A stretch of DNA of 64,000 nucleotides from Phoronis australis (Eukaryota; Animalia; Phoronida), in contig NMRA01000771.1 of the NCBI GenBank assembly GCA_002633005.1, positions 62,001 through 126,000 of the forward strand, given 5' to 3'. The notes under the pieces are model-generated. The model was not told where the DNA came from. It was given only the letters and a program-made list of their open reading frames with translations, and searched no databases. Shown piece by piece: positions 1-11,500 of the stretch; the first letter of the stretch is position 1, and each line of letters begins with the position of its first letter. The position numbers and the translations under genes were made by a program.

Positions 1-1566
1 ACTTCATTGGCATTAGAAGGATGAACAGAGTAATGCAACCGAGAAAAACTTGCAAAGAATCAAGACAATAACAAATAACATGTCATGTGAAGCTCCAATG
101 GCATGAAAATGAGTCAGCAAATGCGCCTGACAAATTCGGGTGTCGCTGTATATTCCGGGACGGTCCTATTGGCCTTGCAAGCACCTGTACATGAGAAATT
201 GCTCTACGGTAGTCTTCACCATATACTATTAGCTGGTTTATCCTGCTTGAGAGGATCTTGGCCAGCACCCTTACCAAGCAAATAGGCAGAAACTCTTCCT
301 CATTTGGCTTGCAACATCCTTCTACTAGACCTCCATTCCACAGTTAACACTGTTGCCTCCCACATAACTCTAAGGAGTCTCCATAATCTTAACCACAATT
401 AAGAAGTTAATTAGTAACTCTTGTACACCATATATGAAATCCCCGCTTGGTTCGGTACTGATTTTAAACATGCTGAGAACAGCATCCACTTACAGCTCTT
501 ACAGATTCTTACAGCCAAAACTCTTCAACAGGTGGTACTAGCTTATCCCCAGTCAAACTGACCCAAGGTTTTGCTTCCTTGTTTATTGTAGTGTTTCCAG
601 TAAAAGAACATCCACATCAATGTTTAGAAGGGGAGTGTGCTGCACTAAAGTTTCCACTAAAACAAACTACTGATTCCCAATACCAGCTTTCCTGTTATTA
701 AGGCACAAGAAAAACATAACACTGTTATACTATTTTTTAGAATTTTTGTCACATGGCTCCAGTGATGGATTATGCCAACATAGTGAAATAGAAGTCAACC
801 TCTACGCAGGCTTTGGAGTTTCAATCAAATCTTAACTCAGTGAGTTTTAACATTCATTTCCAATAATAAACTTGTTACCTCTCAGTGTTCCTACCAGGAT
901 TAAAGTAAAGTGCAGAGGAAATGATGAAATACAGTCAAATGTACTGTTGAAGGTAAGTCCCAGAGGAGACCACTATGTTTTTTGATAATTATTTGTGAAT
1001 AACTAAAAGCATAGGAAACAATTTTTATAAAAATGCCAGCTTAGACTGAAGTTTGCCTTAGACTGAAGAATGTGTCTATAGTGATTCAATATTTTACAGG
1101 TTAAGACTTAAAAGCACTGTAGTCTTAATTAACATGATGATCAATCAAACATTAAACATGGTGCCTCAAACTTTGAGCTGGGTGATCAAATTCAAGCATG
1201 ACTATTACTTTGAGCGTAGAGGCCCACTACACTCAAAAAGCCTGATGAGGACAAATTGTTACTTACCCCAGAGTTCATAAACATAAAATGGCCTCTGTCT
1301 TAAATATGAATTACTGCTACAAAGTCAAAACCTTGCACAACAATTTATGAAAAATTCAATTGTAAATGAAAAAACTTCAGAAAGTAATTGCGTCAGAACC
1401 ATTATCCAAAAGTAAAAGTGCTATTGGGCAAAGATTTATTCAACAAGATGACTTGGAAACAAAGAATTTCAGTTTCTCTACAATTTGGCCAATGAGATGA
1501 GAAATCAATTCTGTTGAATCACTACAAGCAATTGTTATGTAACAGAAAACAGAATAGAATGAGTTT

Positions 1567-2152
1567 CTAAGGCACTGCCCTTTTGGCCAATAATTTAACA
1601 TTAAAACACTGTACTGTTGTGATTCGCCGATTATTTCGAACCAATGTCCAACTACAGCCTCTATCCTGGCTGCGGCCGTGACCCATAACTATTTGGGTGA
1701 CATCTAAATCCCATTTTCTACTATTGTGCATTGACATATATGTGGATAGCATACATTCCCACAAAATCTTGAACAAGAGTAGACTGATGGAAACTTTCTG
1801 CAATCACATTCAGTATCTCAGTCACAATTTGATGGTGAGGCTCATACTCAATATGTGCCTGACAACTACGTTCTTAGCAATGGCATACACAATACAATTT
1901 TTCTCCATCAAAACACTTACACTTTAGAGAAACCTTCATTAAATCTCCATTTCTGCAATGGAATGAAGCACGATTCCTCAAAATGGGATGAGCACATCGC
2001 CGCCCTTAAACCGATCGCTTGCTCCACCGTGTACTGCCATACCCATGTTCAACGCACAAACCTGTGCTATTAGGGTTTTTTAGAAACGCAAAAACAGAAT
2101 TACTGTTTGCCGTATTGCTATTACTGCATCTTCCACACAAGGAACTTTTCAT
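1567..2152 (-). pseudogene. Degenerate THAP zinc-finger coding remnant
   Basis: Minus strand from ATG 2152 reads MKSSLCGRCSNSNTANSNSVFAFLKNP. A shifted frame then reads FVR*TWVWQY...AMCSSHFEESCF..KWRFNEGFSK up to a GTAAGT donor at 1920. LLAKRAVP* ends at 1567. The order matches THAP motifs (CxN, FxFP, FV, CSxHF, AVP), broken by a frameshift and a stop. Confidence 0.55.
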
Positions 2153-2544
2153 AATACTCATTCAAACTCATTTTTGAGACCATTACGGCTCACAGCTGAT
2201 GTAAAACAACACAATGACAGAGACCGGATCCACTGATGAAGTCACATTTTTAAGGTTGTTCTAATTTTTGCATTTCTTTCTTGATTAAAATTACACAAAT
2301 TGTAGAAGAAATATGTAAACTACGATACCAAAATTGTTGGTAACTGAATTCAAGCATTTATGACCATGGATGGTGAGAAGCCGAAAAGGGTTAAACATTT
2401 GACAGCAACATTTTTAGAGATTGGTCATAAAACTCATTATTCAAAATAGATCAGTACATCAAAATGACAAAAAGTGTATTCAAAGAGAACAAGCGACCGA
2501 AATAACACCATACATACAGAACCATCACATTGCTAAGCATAAAC

Positions 2545-2830
2545 GGTAAACCAGGAAGTTCAGATTTCTAAGTTCTGGACAGCCCAAACTCGAGACGGAA
2601 GTTGGAACTGAAAGTGCAGGAATGGAAACATAAAAAGGACATACCACAAAATAAATCGATTTTAAGGCACAATGGAGAGATAATAAGCACAACAAACTTA
2701 CAGTTCAGCAAGCAAGCATAAGGTTTGGTGCTAACCGACAGGCATGGTCAAGCGCTACACACAAAATAGGAAACCGCCTTCGATCGAAGCAGGAAGTTAT
2801 TTCCTTGCGGGGGTCACAGGGTACAACAGC
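2545..2830. promoter_or_regulatory. Candidate (bidirectional) housekeeping promoter with clustered ETS-type GGAAGT sites
   Basis: CAGGAAGT near 2552, CGGAAGT near 2596 and CAGGAAGT near 2790. It lies between minus-strand splice donors (2701, 1920, 1266) and the ZDHHC21 gene on +. Confidence 0.35.
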
Positions 2831-3268
2831 GGTGCTATTTTGTTTTTATATATTTATAAAAACACTCAAAAGTTAGATGTTCATTGATTTTATAATAAAA
2901 TTAAATATAATATTTGGAAATATTTCGCTAATTACTTAAATTTGCATCAAACAGCAAGTTCTACACAAATTATTTATGTTGAGAGTATAATGCGAATTGT
3001 TGAGGTCTTTGATGTTTGGAGATTAAATACTTAATGCTACATATTTTTGGAGCGAGGATGCAAATGTGAACTGTAATTTTGTAAGTGTATTATTGAGGTC
3101 AGTGATAGACTAGTTATGGACTACAAATGTCTCGAAGTTTTGGTATTGAAGAGCTCGCACAGACAACCCCGTGCACAAGTTTCATGGACCTGGGTCGTGA
3201 AAATTGAATGTTTCCTGACCACGCTTGCTGTGCTGCTACTAGTAGTAGTAACTAGTACTACTACAGTA

Positions 3269-4079
3269 TACTCGGGAACCCAATGGTCGTCCGCCTAAGC
3301 ATAAAACCGACTTGCTGTTGTACTCACCGAATTATTCCACTTCAAAGTTATGATCTGAATAGGATTCGATTTAACTCTCACAGATATACCGCATTCATCG
3401 ATTCGGAAGTTTTCTTTAATTTGTGCCGAGTTATTTCAAATGTGCACTGCCTTCGGCAGCCATTTTATTGTGACACCTAAGGTCGTCATATGCTGCCCCC
3501 TTTTGTAAAAACTGAGAAACATGCAGAAAAAGGCCAACGAAGTAATGAAAATTGCAACAGCCTGTTTTTATTGACATAAACTTGATTTGAAGCTTTGATG
3601 TTGAGCTCTGCACTGTGGTTTCCAATAAAAGCCAATTGGACAACTTTTCAATGCAGTTTAATGGTGAATGCGTGAGGCAAAAATGTTAAGAACCCAGCGT
3701 ATCGCATTTGTCTGCGGATTTTTCCTTTGGCCTTCTAGATCCTACTAGTGCCTGGGACAAACAGCTACAATGCATAAACAAACCCTGGATCATGTTTTGT
3801 GTCCCGTCGGAAGAAAATTTAAATTCGAAAACATCTTCTGAAAACGCACAAAAAAGTGTATTAGTAAAATCTACTGATTTTTAAGTGGTTTTAAAAAACA
3901 ATCGGTAAACTCACCGATTTTTGTCTCATTACTTTGATACGTGTCTCTTCCGATAAGTTAGTACCTAACGTGCAGACGAGCACTCCAAATTGGAACGCTA
4001 AGTCCCGCGTGGTTGCGCTGCACGCGAAACAAGATGGCGGACGACCTTTGGAGCCTGACGACAATAGGTAACCGGACTA
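3269..4079. mobile_element. TA-flanked non-autonomous DNA element, family A copy 1 (short form)
   Basis: The left end TACTCGGGAACCCAATGGTCGTC and the reverse complement of the right end TAGTCCGGTTACCTATTGTCGTC form imperfect TIRs. Homologous to 4082-5387 and 42274-43638. Confidence 0.75.
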
Positions 4080-4081
4080 TA

Positions 4082-5387
4082 TACTCGGGAACCCAATGGT
4101 CGTCCGCCTAAGCATAAAACCGGCTTGTTGTCGTACTCACCTAATTATTCCACTTCAAAGTTATGCTCTGTATAGAACTTGATTTGACTCTCACAAATCC
4201 ATAGTATTAGTTGATTCAAAAGTTTTCTTTTATTTATGCTGAGTTGTTTGATCTGTGTGCATTGCTTTTCGGCAGCCATTTTATAATGACTCCTATGGTC
4301 GTCATATGCTGCCGCCTTTTGAAAGAACAGAAAACCACACAGAAAAAGGCCAAGAAAATAGTGGAAAGTGATTTATAGCAATTCTACTTCAACCACAAAC
4401 TGTTTTACTAGTATGATATCGATTTTTAAATCGATTAAAATTGATTTAGAATTTCAGTTCTGGAAAGTAAATCGCAATTGTTTTATTCCAGATAGACCTT
4501 ATTTATTTTCTATTTGTGTCCTCTTTACTTGACTTTGTGCTCTTGTTGTTCTTAACACCACTTATCTCTGCTGTCTTTCATTTTCTTTTCAGTTTTTATT
4601 CATTCTCTGTTCACACCTTGTCAGCCAAAACAGAACTGTAACCCTTTGAGACTTTGTCGGTGCAAGTTGATCATTGAACCTCGATACAATTGTTCTAATA
4701 AATTACCCAATATCGTATTGTTAGATTTTTCCTCAACTTTAACGGGCTTCTGCAATCATTATTTTTTATTATGTCATGCTGTGTTGTATGTAACAATGCA
4801 ATATAGTGAAATAAAGTCAATGTTTTACTTTATTGGTGGCCATTCTCTATCAATTCAAGTATTTTAATTTTCTTCAAATAAATTCAAAATGATTAACCAA
4901 AAATTTCAACATAAATGTTGAGCTCAGTACTTTGTTTTGCAATAAAAAACAAGTGGACAATATTTTGATGACCAAGGCGTGGGCCGAAACTCTTAAGCAC
5001 CCAGCGCATTTCATTTGCCTGCTGCGTTTTTCCTTTGGCCTAACGGGTGTCGGTTAGTGCCTGGGACAAATAGATACATTGCATAAACAATCCCTGAGTT
5101 GTTTTTTGTTCCGTCTGAAGAAAATTTAATTTCGAAAATATCTTCTGAAAATGAACAAAAAAGTGCATTAGTAAAATCTACAAGTTTTTAAGTGGTCTCA
5201 AAAAAACAGTCAGTAAATGCATTAATTTTAGTCTCAGTTCTTCCATGTGCGTTTCTCCCGAGAGGTTAGTACCTAACACGCAGACGAGCACTCCAAATTG
5301 GAACGCTAAGTCCCGCGTGGCTGCGCTGCACGCGAAAGAAGATGGCGGACGACCTTTGGAGCCTGACAACGATAGGTATCCGGACTA
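4082..5387. mobile_element. Family A copy 2 (long form), head-to-tail with copy 1
   Basis: Same termini as copy 1. Alignable along its length with 42274-43638. Confidence 0.8.
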
Positions 5388-5409
5388 TACTGGCCCTATA
5401 CAGTAGGAT

Positions 5410-5500
5410 CACAGACGTCCTCAGCTTATGATCGTCCACAATACGCTATATAATATATATATAGTGTATTGTGGACGATCAGAAGCTGAGGACGCCTGTG
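5410..5500. repeat. About 90-bp near-perfect palindrome with an AT-rich centre (mini-MITE)
   Basis: CACAGACGTCCTCAGCTTATGATCGTCCACAATAC...GTATTGTGGACGATCAGAAGCTGAGGACGCCTGTG. Confidence 0.8.
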
Positions 5501-5574
5501 ACTTACAGTGACCACGATCGTCCTACCGGCACGTAGGACGGTGGAGCTCCTATAGGTGCTTCATACGCCGAGTT

Positions 5575-5992
5575 ATGTCTTGCACTTACTAAAACACCAA
5601 AGTCACATTGTTATAAATACCTTTTGCTCACAAAGGGACACCTTAGGAGACCGTAGATGTATGTAATTCCTTCCAACTTGAACAAATACTCCCGTTATCA
5701 AACTTTTTCTTCGAGCAGTCTCTCGTTCAGTTCCCAAAATCGGTAACTCACCATTTTTAACACTGCGCACGCCAGGTGGTATGACGTTATAGCCCATGGC
5801 GCGCGCAGTGTTAATGATGGTGAGTTACCGATATTGAGAATTGAACGAGGTACTGCTCACAGGAAAAGTTTTGTTCGAGTTGGAAGGAATTAAATGCATT
5901 GACGGCCTCCTAAGGTGTCCCTTACCGTGTTTTCCTATGCGCAAAAGGTGTTTATAACAACGTAGCACTGATTTTTTAGTCAGTGTGAGGCA
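5575..5992. repeat. Foldback inverted repeat with arms of about 200 bp; related sequence at 6340-6480 and 37350-38110
   Basis: GGGACACCTTAGGAG...CGGTAACTCACCAT...AACACTGCGC pairs with GCGCAGTGTT...ATGGTGAGTTACCG...CTCCTAAGGTGTCCC. Confidence 0.7.
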
Positions 5993-7559
5993 GGTGTAGC
6001 CCCGCGGTTGGCTGGTTAGGGGCTACAATACTTCCCGTCGCTTTCTGTACTAATTTCGTCCCGTGTATTTTAAACGGGTGGTAGGTGAAATCCGCTCTAT
6101 GATTAAGAATATTCACCTCATCAAAAATACAGTCTACACTTAAAACTGTCACTTAAAAAAGCCCTTACTTTCTTCAGTGATCCTTTCGCTTTCTGCTTCT
6201 ACACATATCTTCAATGAAGCATAGCTACGAGAATTAAGATAACATTGGCGAAGAATTCCAACTTCACTTTTTTGGTCACCTTTAACTTTTTTATCGTGTG
6301 CACAATAACCACAAAATATTTCAACTGAGTCAATAGGCAATGACCATCATCTCTGCTGAGTAGAGACGATGGAGCTTCTATAGTAGCCAGTGACCACCGT
6401 CTCTAAGTGGCTCAGTAGAGACAGTGGAGCTCCTATAGGCCCTTCATATGCCAGAAGCTTTTCAGCGAATTATGCCTTGCAGTGACAGATTTACTTGTCA
6501 AACAACTTTTGATTCTTTACTCTTGCAATTTACTTGTTAATTTTTTAAAATCATCCATTGACAGCCAGGTTTTCTCACAGGTTTAAAGGTCATTAAAAGG
6601 GCACAACTTTTTTTGGTCTGGTGACCTGTATTTAGAATAAAAAATGAAAGGAAAATAATTACAGTTTTGACAATATATTTATGTCTAATTTATTATTCAC
6701 AGGTAACTGTTTCCGCTCATTATTAAGTAGTATAGTTTATTTTATCAACCAAACAGTAAAACTGATTGAGCAGATCCATTTATGCCCGCAGCATCCATGC
6801 AATCTAGAATAGGTGTCTAATGAGTCGGAAACTAAATTCTCAAATCACAGGTAATCCTTACATGCGCCATTTTCAAATTCCCAATTTTAGGGTTGGCCAA
6901 CTCCGATAAACTCCAAAGCATTTAGTCACTGATGGTTTCCATGTTCTTGTTGGTAAAGGAAATAGAATCTTGTCAGGGTAAGGAAAATTATGAGATTGAT
7001 TTTAGGAGAGTAGAAGACCTATTTCAGTTTTCGTACTTAGCCAGCTGAATAGGGTAAAATACAGTTTTAAATTTTAAGATAAAATCTTAACAAGCACTCA
7101 ACTTTGACCTAGATTATCCTGATAATAGACCATTCAAAGAACTTTGAAGTGCTAGAGAAAAACCACTACAAAGTTAATGAACAGCAAGTAGATTTGGCGG
7201 CCATCTTGAAAAATGGCGGACAGTGTCACCACAGCCATGCAAAACCATTTCCAATGGATTTGTTGACCCACAAAACATAGGTAAACCTTTTTAAATTTTT
7301 ACTCTATCACATTCCACTCTTGAGTTATAGAGAGCATCAGAAAATCTGGCGGCCATTTTGTCCGCCATCTTGAAAAACCAACTTCCGCCACTCTGACTTT
7401 TTTCCCACCCCGGGGTGTGAAAGGATACAATTCATGCAATAAAACCTATTGCAATTTTTTCGGGGTTATCCGTAGAATGACTGGACTAAATGTCTGAACT
7501 CTAAAAAGTTGGTCATGTCATGAACAAGACCCGTTTACTAACATTCTATTTTTTTTGAG

Positions 7560-7790
7560 GAGGCAGTGTGGCCTGGTTGATAAATGCCCGCTTTCTTTAC
7601 TCGAGGTCTTGGGTTCAAGTTCCATCAGGTCACACTGCTAAACCCTTGAGCCAGGTATCTAGCTCCTCAGCTCGGTTTTAACGATATATTAATAAAGCAT
7701 AAAGTATTTCCAGGTGATCAGTGCAATGGGCCCACATGCGAGGCCTGCGCATGTCTGGTACAACGTGTATCAGACCGCCTGCAATTATAT
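7560..7790 (+). mobile_element. tRNA-derived SINE (decayed)
   Basis: A-box-like TGGCCTGGTTG and B-box-like GGTTCAAGTTC at tRNA spacing, followed by ACCCTTGAGCCAGG. No acceptor stem. Confidence 0.55.
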
Positions 7791-8377
7791 AATTAAAAAC
7801 ATTCTATTTTCCATGAACTTGCACTTTAGGGAACATTTACCAACTATGTAACTTACATCACTGGGAAACTTATTTGCTATGACATCAGCTTCTTGCAGTC
7901 ACCTGTTATCCACCTGATGATGGAGGTGCTTGGCAGCAGCACATTATAGTGTGCCGTGTACTAAGAAGTATACCAGAAGATGTTCTGTAGTACTTTGCTT
8001 CACCTTAAGTTACATAGTTAATATTAAATAGTTTAAGAGTGTAAGGAACTTTGAGGTCATAGATGTCTTCAAATGCTTCCAGCTCAAGTAAATACTCGGG
8101 TAATCAAGATGGGAATTTTTGGTCATGGAAAGTGTATTTTCTGGCCTCGTGAACACTTGATTTTTAAGAACTGATGTTTTTCAGACAAGAATGGCACCGA
8201 TCTTTGTTTCCAAAGTAGAAGCATCAAGGGCCTTGTCTGATGGTGTAATCAGAGTACGTTAAAATAAGTCAAAGAGGGTTATTGCAGTTGTACCCAGCCG
8301 TCATTTGAATTTTGTATCATGCTTCGAATTTTGCTTGCTTACATTTCAGCATAGGGTCACTTTCTGTACCATTTGAC

Positions 8378-8576
8378 ATGCAGCAGCTCTACTCCAACCA
8401 CATCTGGACAGGGTCCTGTCCAATACTAGGAAGATTGCACTTTGTTAAAGACACTGCGGGAATCATTCAGCTGTCATTCATAGTGTGGTATTGGATTTAT
8501 GGTAGCAGCGTCACTCTATTTCTCATTGTAATCCCTCGCTACAAAGAAGGCATTGTACCATTGGTGGGTCTCGTAG
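8378..8576 (+). CDS. ZDHHC21: ZDHHC21 coding exon 1
   Basis: [39 protein letters not shown]...PLVGLV. Acceptor AG at 8348-8349 upstream of the ATG, donor GTGAGG at 8577. Confidence 0.85.
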
Positions 8577-11500
8577 GTGAGGGTTTGGTTTATTTTTATA
8601 ATCAATAATCCATGACACAAAGTGTGCTGGTATAGTAACGATTACCAATAAATGCCAATTCGACCTTAATTCGAACTAAAATGATGGTCAGAATTGTCAT
8701 TTTTGCTCCAAATTATAGAAACTTTTACCAAATGGTGTTTATGATGTCTGCATGCTACAAACTGAGCTAACATCTGACTTAATTTTTCTTGATGTCTATT
8801 CTTGTTGAGAAATCTGACCAAATAAATTTCACTTGTCTGCCATGTTGCTCAATGGGTGAAGAATTTTCGCACATCCCACAATGTGGTTAAAGCTGCTATA
8901 CATGCACCTCTTACTCACTATTATAAATTAAATTTGCTAACTTGTTCGTTACTCAGAAGTGGAGTGATTTCTGGGTGTGGTAAGAACTATGTGCTTGTTT
9001 GGACAACAGGTAAATTTGACCTATCCATTTTATTTGCCGAGCACGGTCTTCCATCATTAATGAACTGTCATTTTATCGTGAACTCTAAACAACTTCTCTT
9101 CTGAGTAAAAAACCAGTTAAGACCAGTTTTACAACAGTTGTAAGTTGGTTGCTCATTGATCAATTTAGATTATGTTAATGTGCGGTAGAATTTACAAATT
9201 GCTAGTAAGTCTTAACCATGACTGACTTTAATTACAAAACTTGTTTTTGAGGACATGTTTTCACCTTCATAGTACTTGCCCTCTGTTTTCAAGTTTTTAC
9301 GTGCGAAATATGCATTTTGTGGATAATTGTTGTATGGGATAGACTGGTTGAAGTGATTTTCTCTGATTAGAGCTATAAAATAACAAAACCCAATTTCTTT
9401 ACTTTATTAAAAATAACAAATTCTCACCATTGCCAGACCTTCATCATGGAAATATGTTTGAAATATTTAGCTATTTTACACTTGGGTTTTGTCTCAGTGA
9501 CGGGGTATTTTGTTACTACAGTGGAACTAGTTGGTTCGATTCCATGGTTCTGCTAATTTCTGTAAAACTATTTTCCTCGTCGAGATATGTCTCTTACTGA
9601 ATGTATTTTAGTCTGTACAAGATTAGTTATTGTTTGCAGCCTTCTGTACGTCATCAATCATGACTATCACATCGTTATTCAAGGCGGCTACAACCAACCC
9701 TGGCAGGGTTCCCTTGGTAGATGAAGAGAATCTCAAACCAGGTAACATGGTGTAATTGTTTGTTGACTCTTACTGCCATGCAATTTACCAAGAAAATGAC
9801 AAATAACTTGTGAACAGAAAATTTGAGAAAAACAACAGAATTTGTCAGCTTATTGTCTAACCAGTGATTTATCTTCAGTCATCTTCAATTCTGATCAATA
9901 AATCTTCAGCAGTGGATACGATATGACTGTCGAGTGAATTTTTCATATTTCTCATTGAAAGTTTCGTTCAAGAAATTTCACTTTGTTTCTACCGTAACGG
10001 TGTCTTTGGTATAATTGTTACCAAACAATTGATAAAGTTTTGAGCTTCATAGTTATGTTGTAAGCCTCTAAAAATTAGAAGAGTGATACCAGTAACATTT
10101 TTGGTTTTTATTTGAATAATTTCGTCATGCTTACTAGTTCATAATTTTTGCTTTAACTTTGACAAATTTTTACAAAGTCAGCAGCAATTTACTCCTTTTT
10201 CACAAACTCCTACTAATGTCGTATGAAAGTAATCCACAAACCATTTCACTTCATGCGTGTCATTGTTCACATTAATTTTCTTACAAATGTCTGAAGTCTG
10301 CATTTTGCACTCTTAACCTAGGTTACAAAACAAAAATCGAATTAGGGTGATAACATGCTATTTCCATTATCAACAAGAACATCGAAACCATCGGCACCTC
10401 AGTAAAACATTTCACATGTTACTGGGGTTGGAGAACCCTAAAATTGTGGGACTGCCTGTAACTTGAGGTGACAGCTCTTTTGCTTATTATTCAAGATGAG
10501 ATGATTGTTTAAATTTAATCCTTTAAGCGCTTCGGTAAGGAATTCATCATTTACTGCTCAACGGGTAAAATACAGCTTTTAATTGTAAGGGTTGTTCCAG
10601 CAAAATCCGTATGGGAGGGGTGGAATGGCAGTTGTATTAAATATTTATGGATGGTTGTCTTCTGAAGGAAGTAACATATTATAAGTTGTTCGGGTTTTTC
10701 ATTGGTAAATGTTGACAGATGAGTATTTTCAGCCAAACATTGACCTCAATAACCTCTAAAAAACTTCAAAACTCACCAAAAATGTGCTTGCTTTGGTTGA
10801 TACCCAAAAACTCCAAAACAAGCCCATGTTGCAAGTGTATGCGCAACATGTACGGTGAGTAAAAATGAAAATGCCTCCCTCTCTCCCATACGTTTTTTAC
10901 TGCAACAACCCTAAGTTTAATGTACTTGCAGACTTGTATTCTCGAATTGTGGTAGAGCTCTTGAATCTATAATCTAGTTTGTGATATACTGCCATGTAAT
11001 AAAATTATAGTCAAGATGTACTATGACTCCTGGAGTAGTCGTATAAAGCACATTTTATTTCCAAATTTCCAGGCTTAATTCATGTCTTCACAACATGTGT
11101 TACAAAATTTAATGTTATAAATTCTTGTAACTGATGTCTTGTACAATGTTTAGATCAGTTTGACTGGAGTCAGTGCAAAGTGTGCTTACGACGGCGCCCT
11201 CTACGTTCCCACCACTGTCGACGATGTAAACAGTGTGTTCTGAAAATGGACCATCATTGTCCGTGGTAGGTGTAAGCACATTCTGTGGTGTCCTGTCTTT
11301 AATTATGCGCCCACATATTTATATGTGGACGCATTATGCCGTCATCTCCGTCCGGCGTCCGCTGCTCTATCTGCAAAACGCCTTGACGTATGTTCATGAA
11401 ATTTTGTACATGTGTTCCTTCCGTAGATGGGACGGCATGAGCAAGGCTTGGAATTTTCCACTTAAACGTGGATTTCTGTTTTTTTCAAATGTTCTGTCCG

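Noticed and set aside
2049-2051. In-frame TGA in the THAP-like frame as possible selenocysteine
   Set aside because: It is not at a Cys position, a frameshift lies next to it, and no SECIS was recognised. Decay is the simpler explanation.
6920-7490. Academ-like element with GGCGGCCATCTTGAAA repeats ending GACTGGACTA
   Set aside because: Probably a transposon fragment, but I could not find the matching left terminus or a TSD, so no call was made.
7560-7640. tRNA gene
   Set aside because: It has A/B boxes only, with no cloverleaf or acceptor stem, and continues into a SINE-like body.
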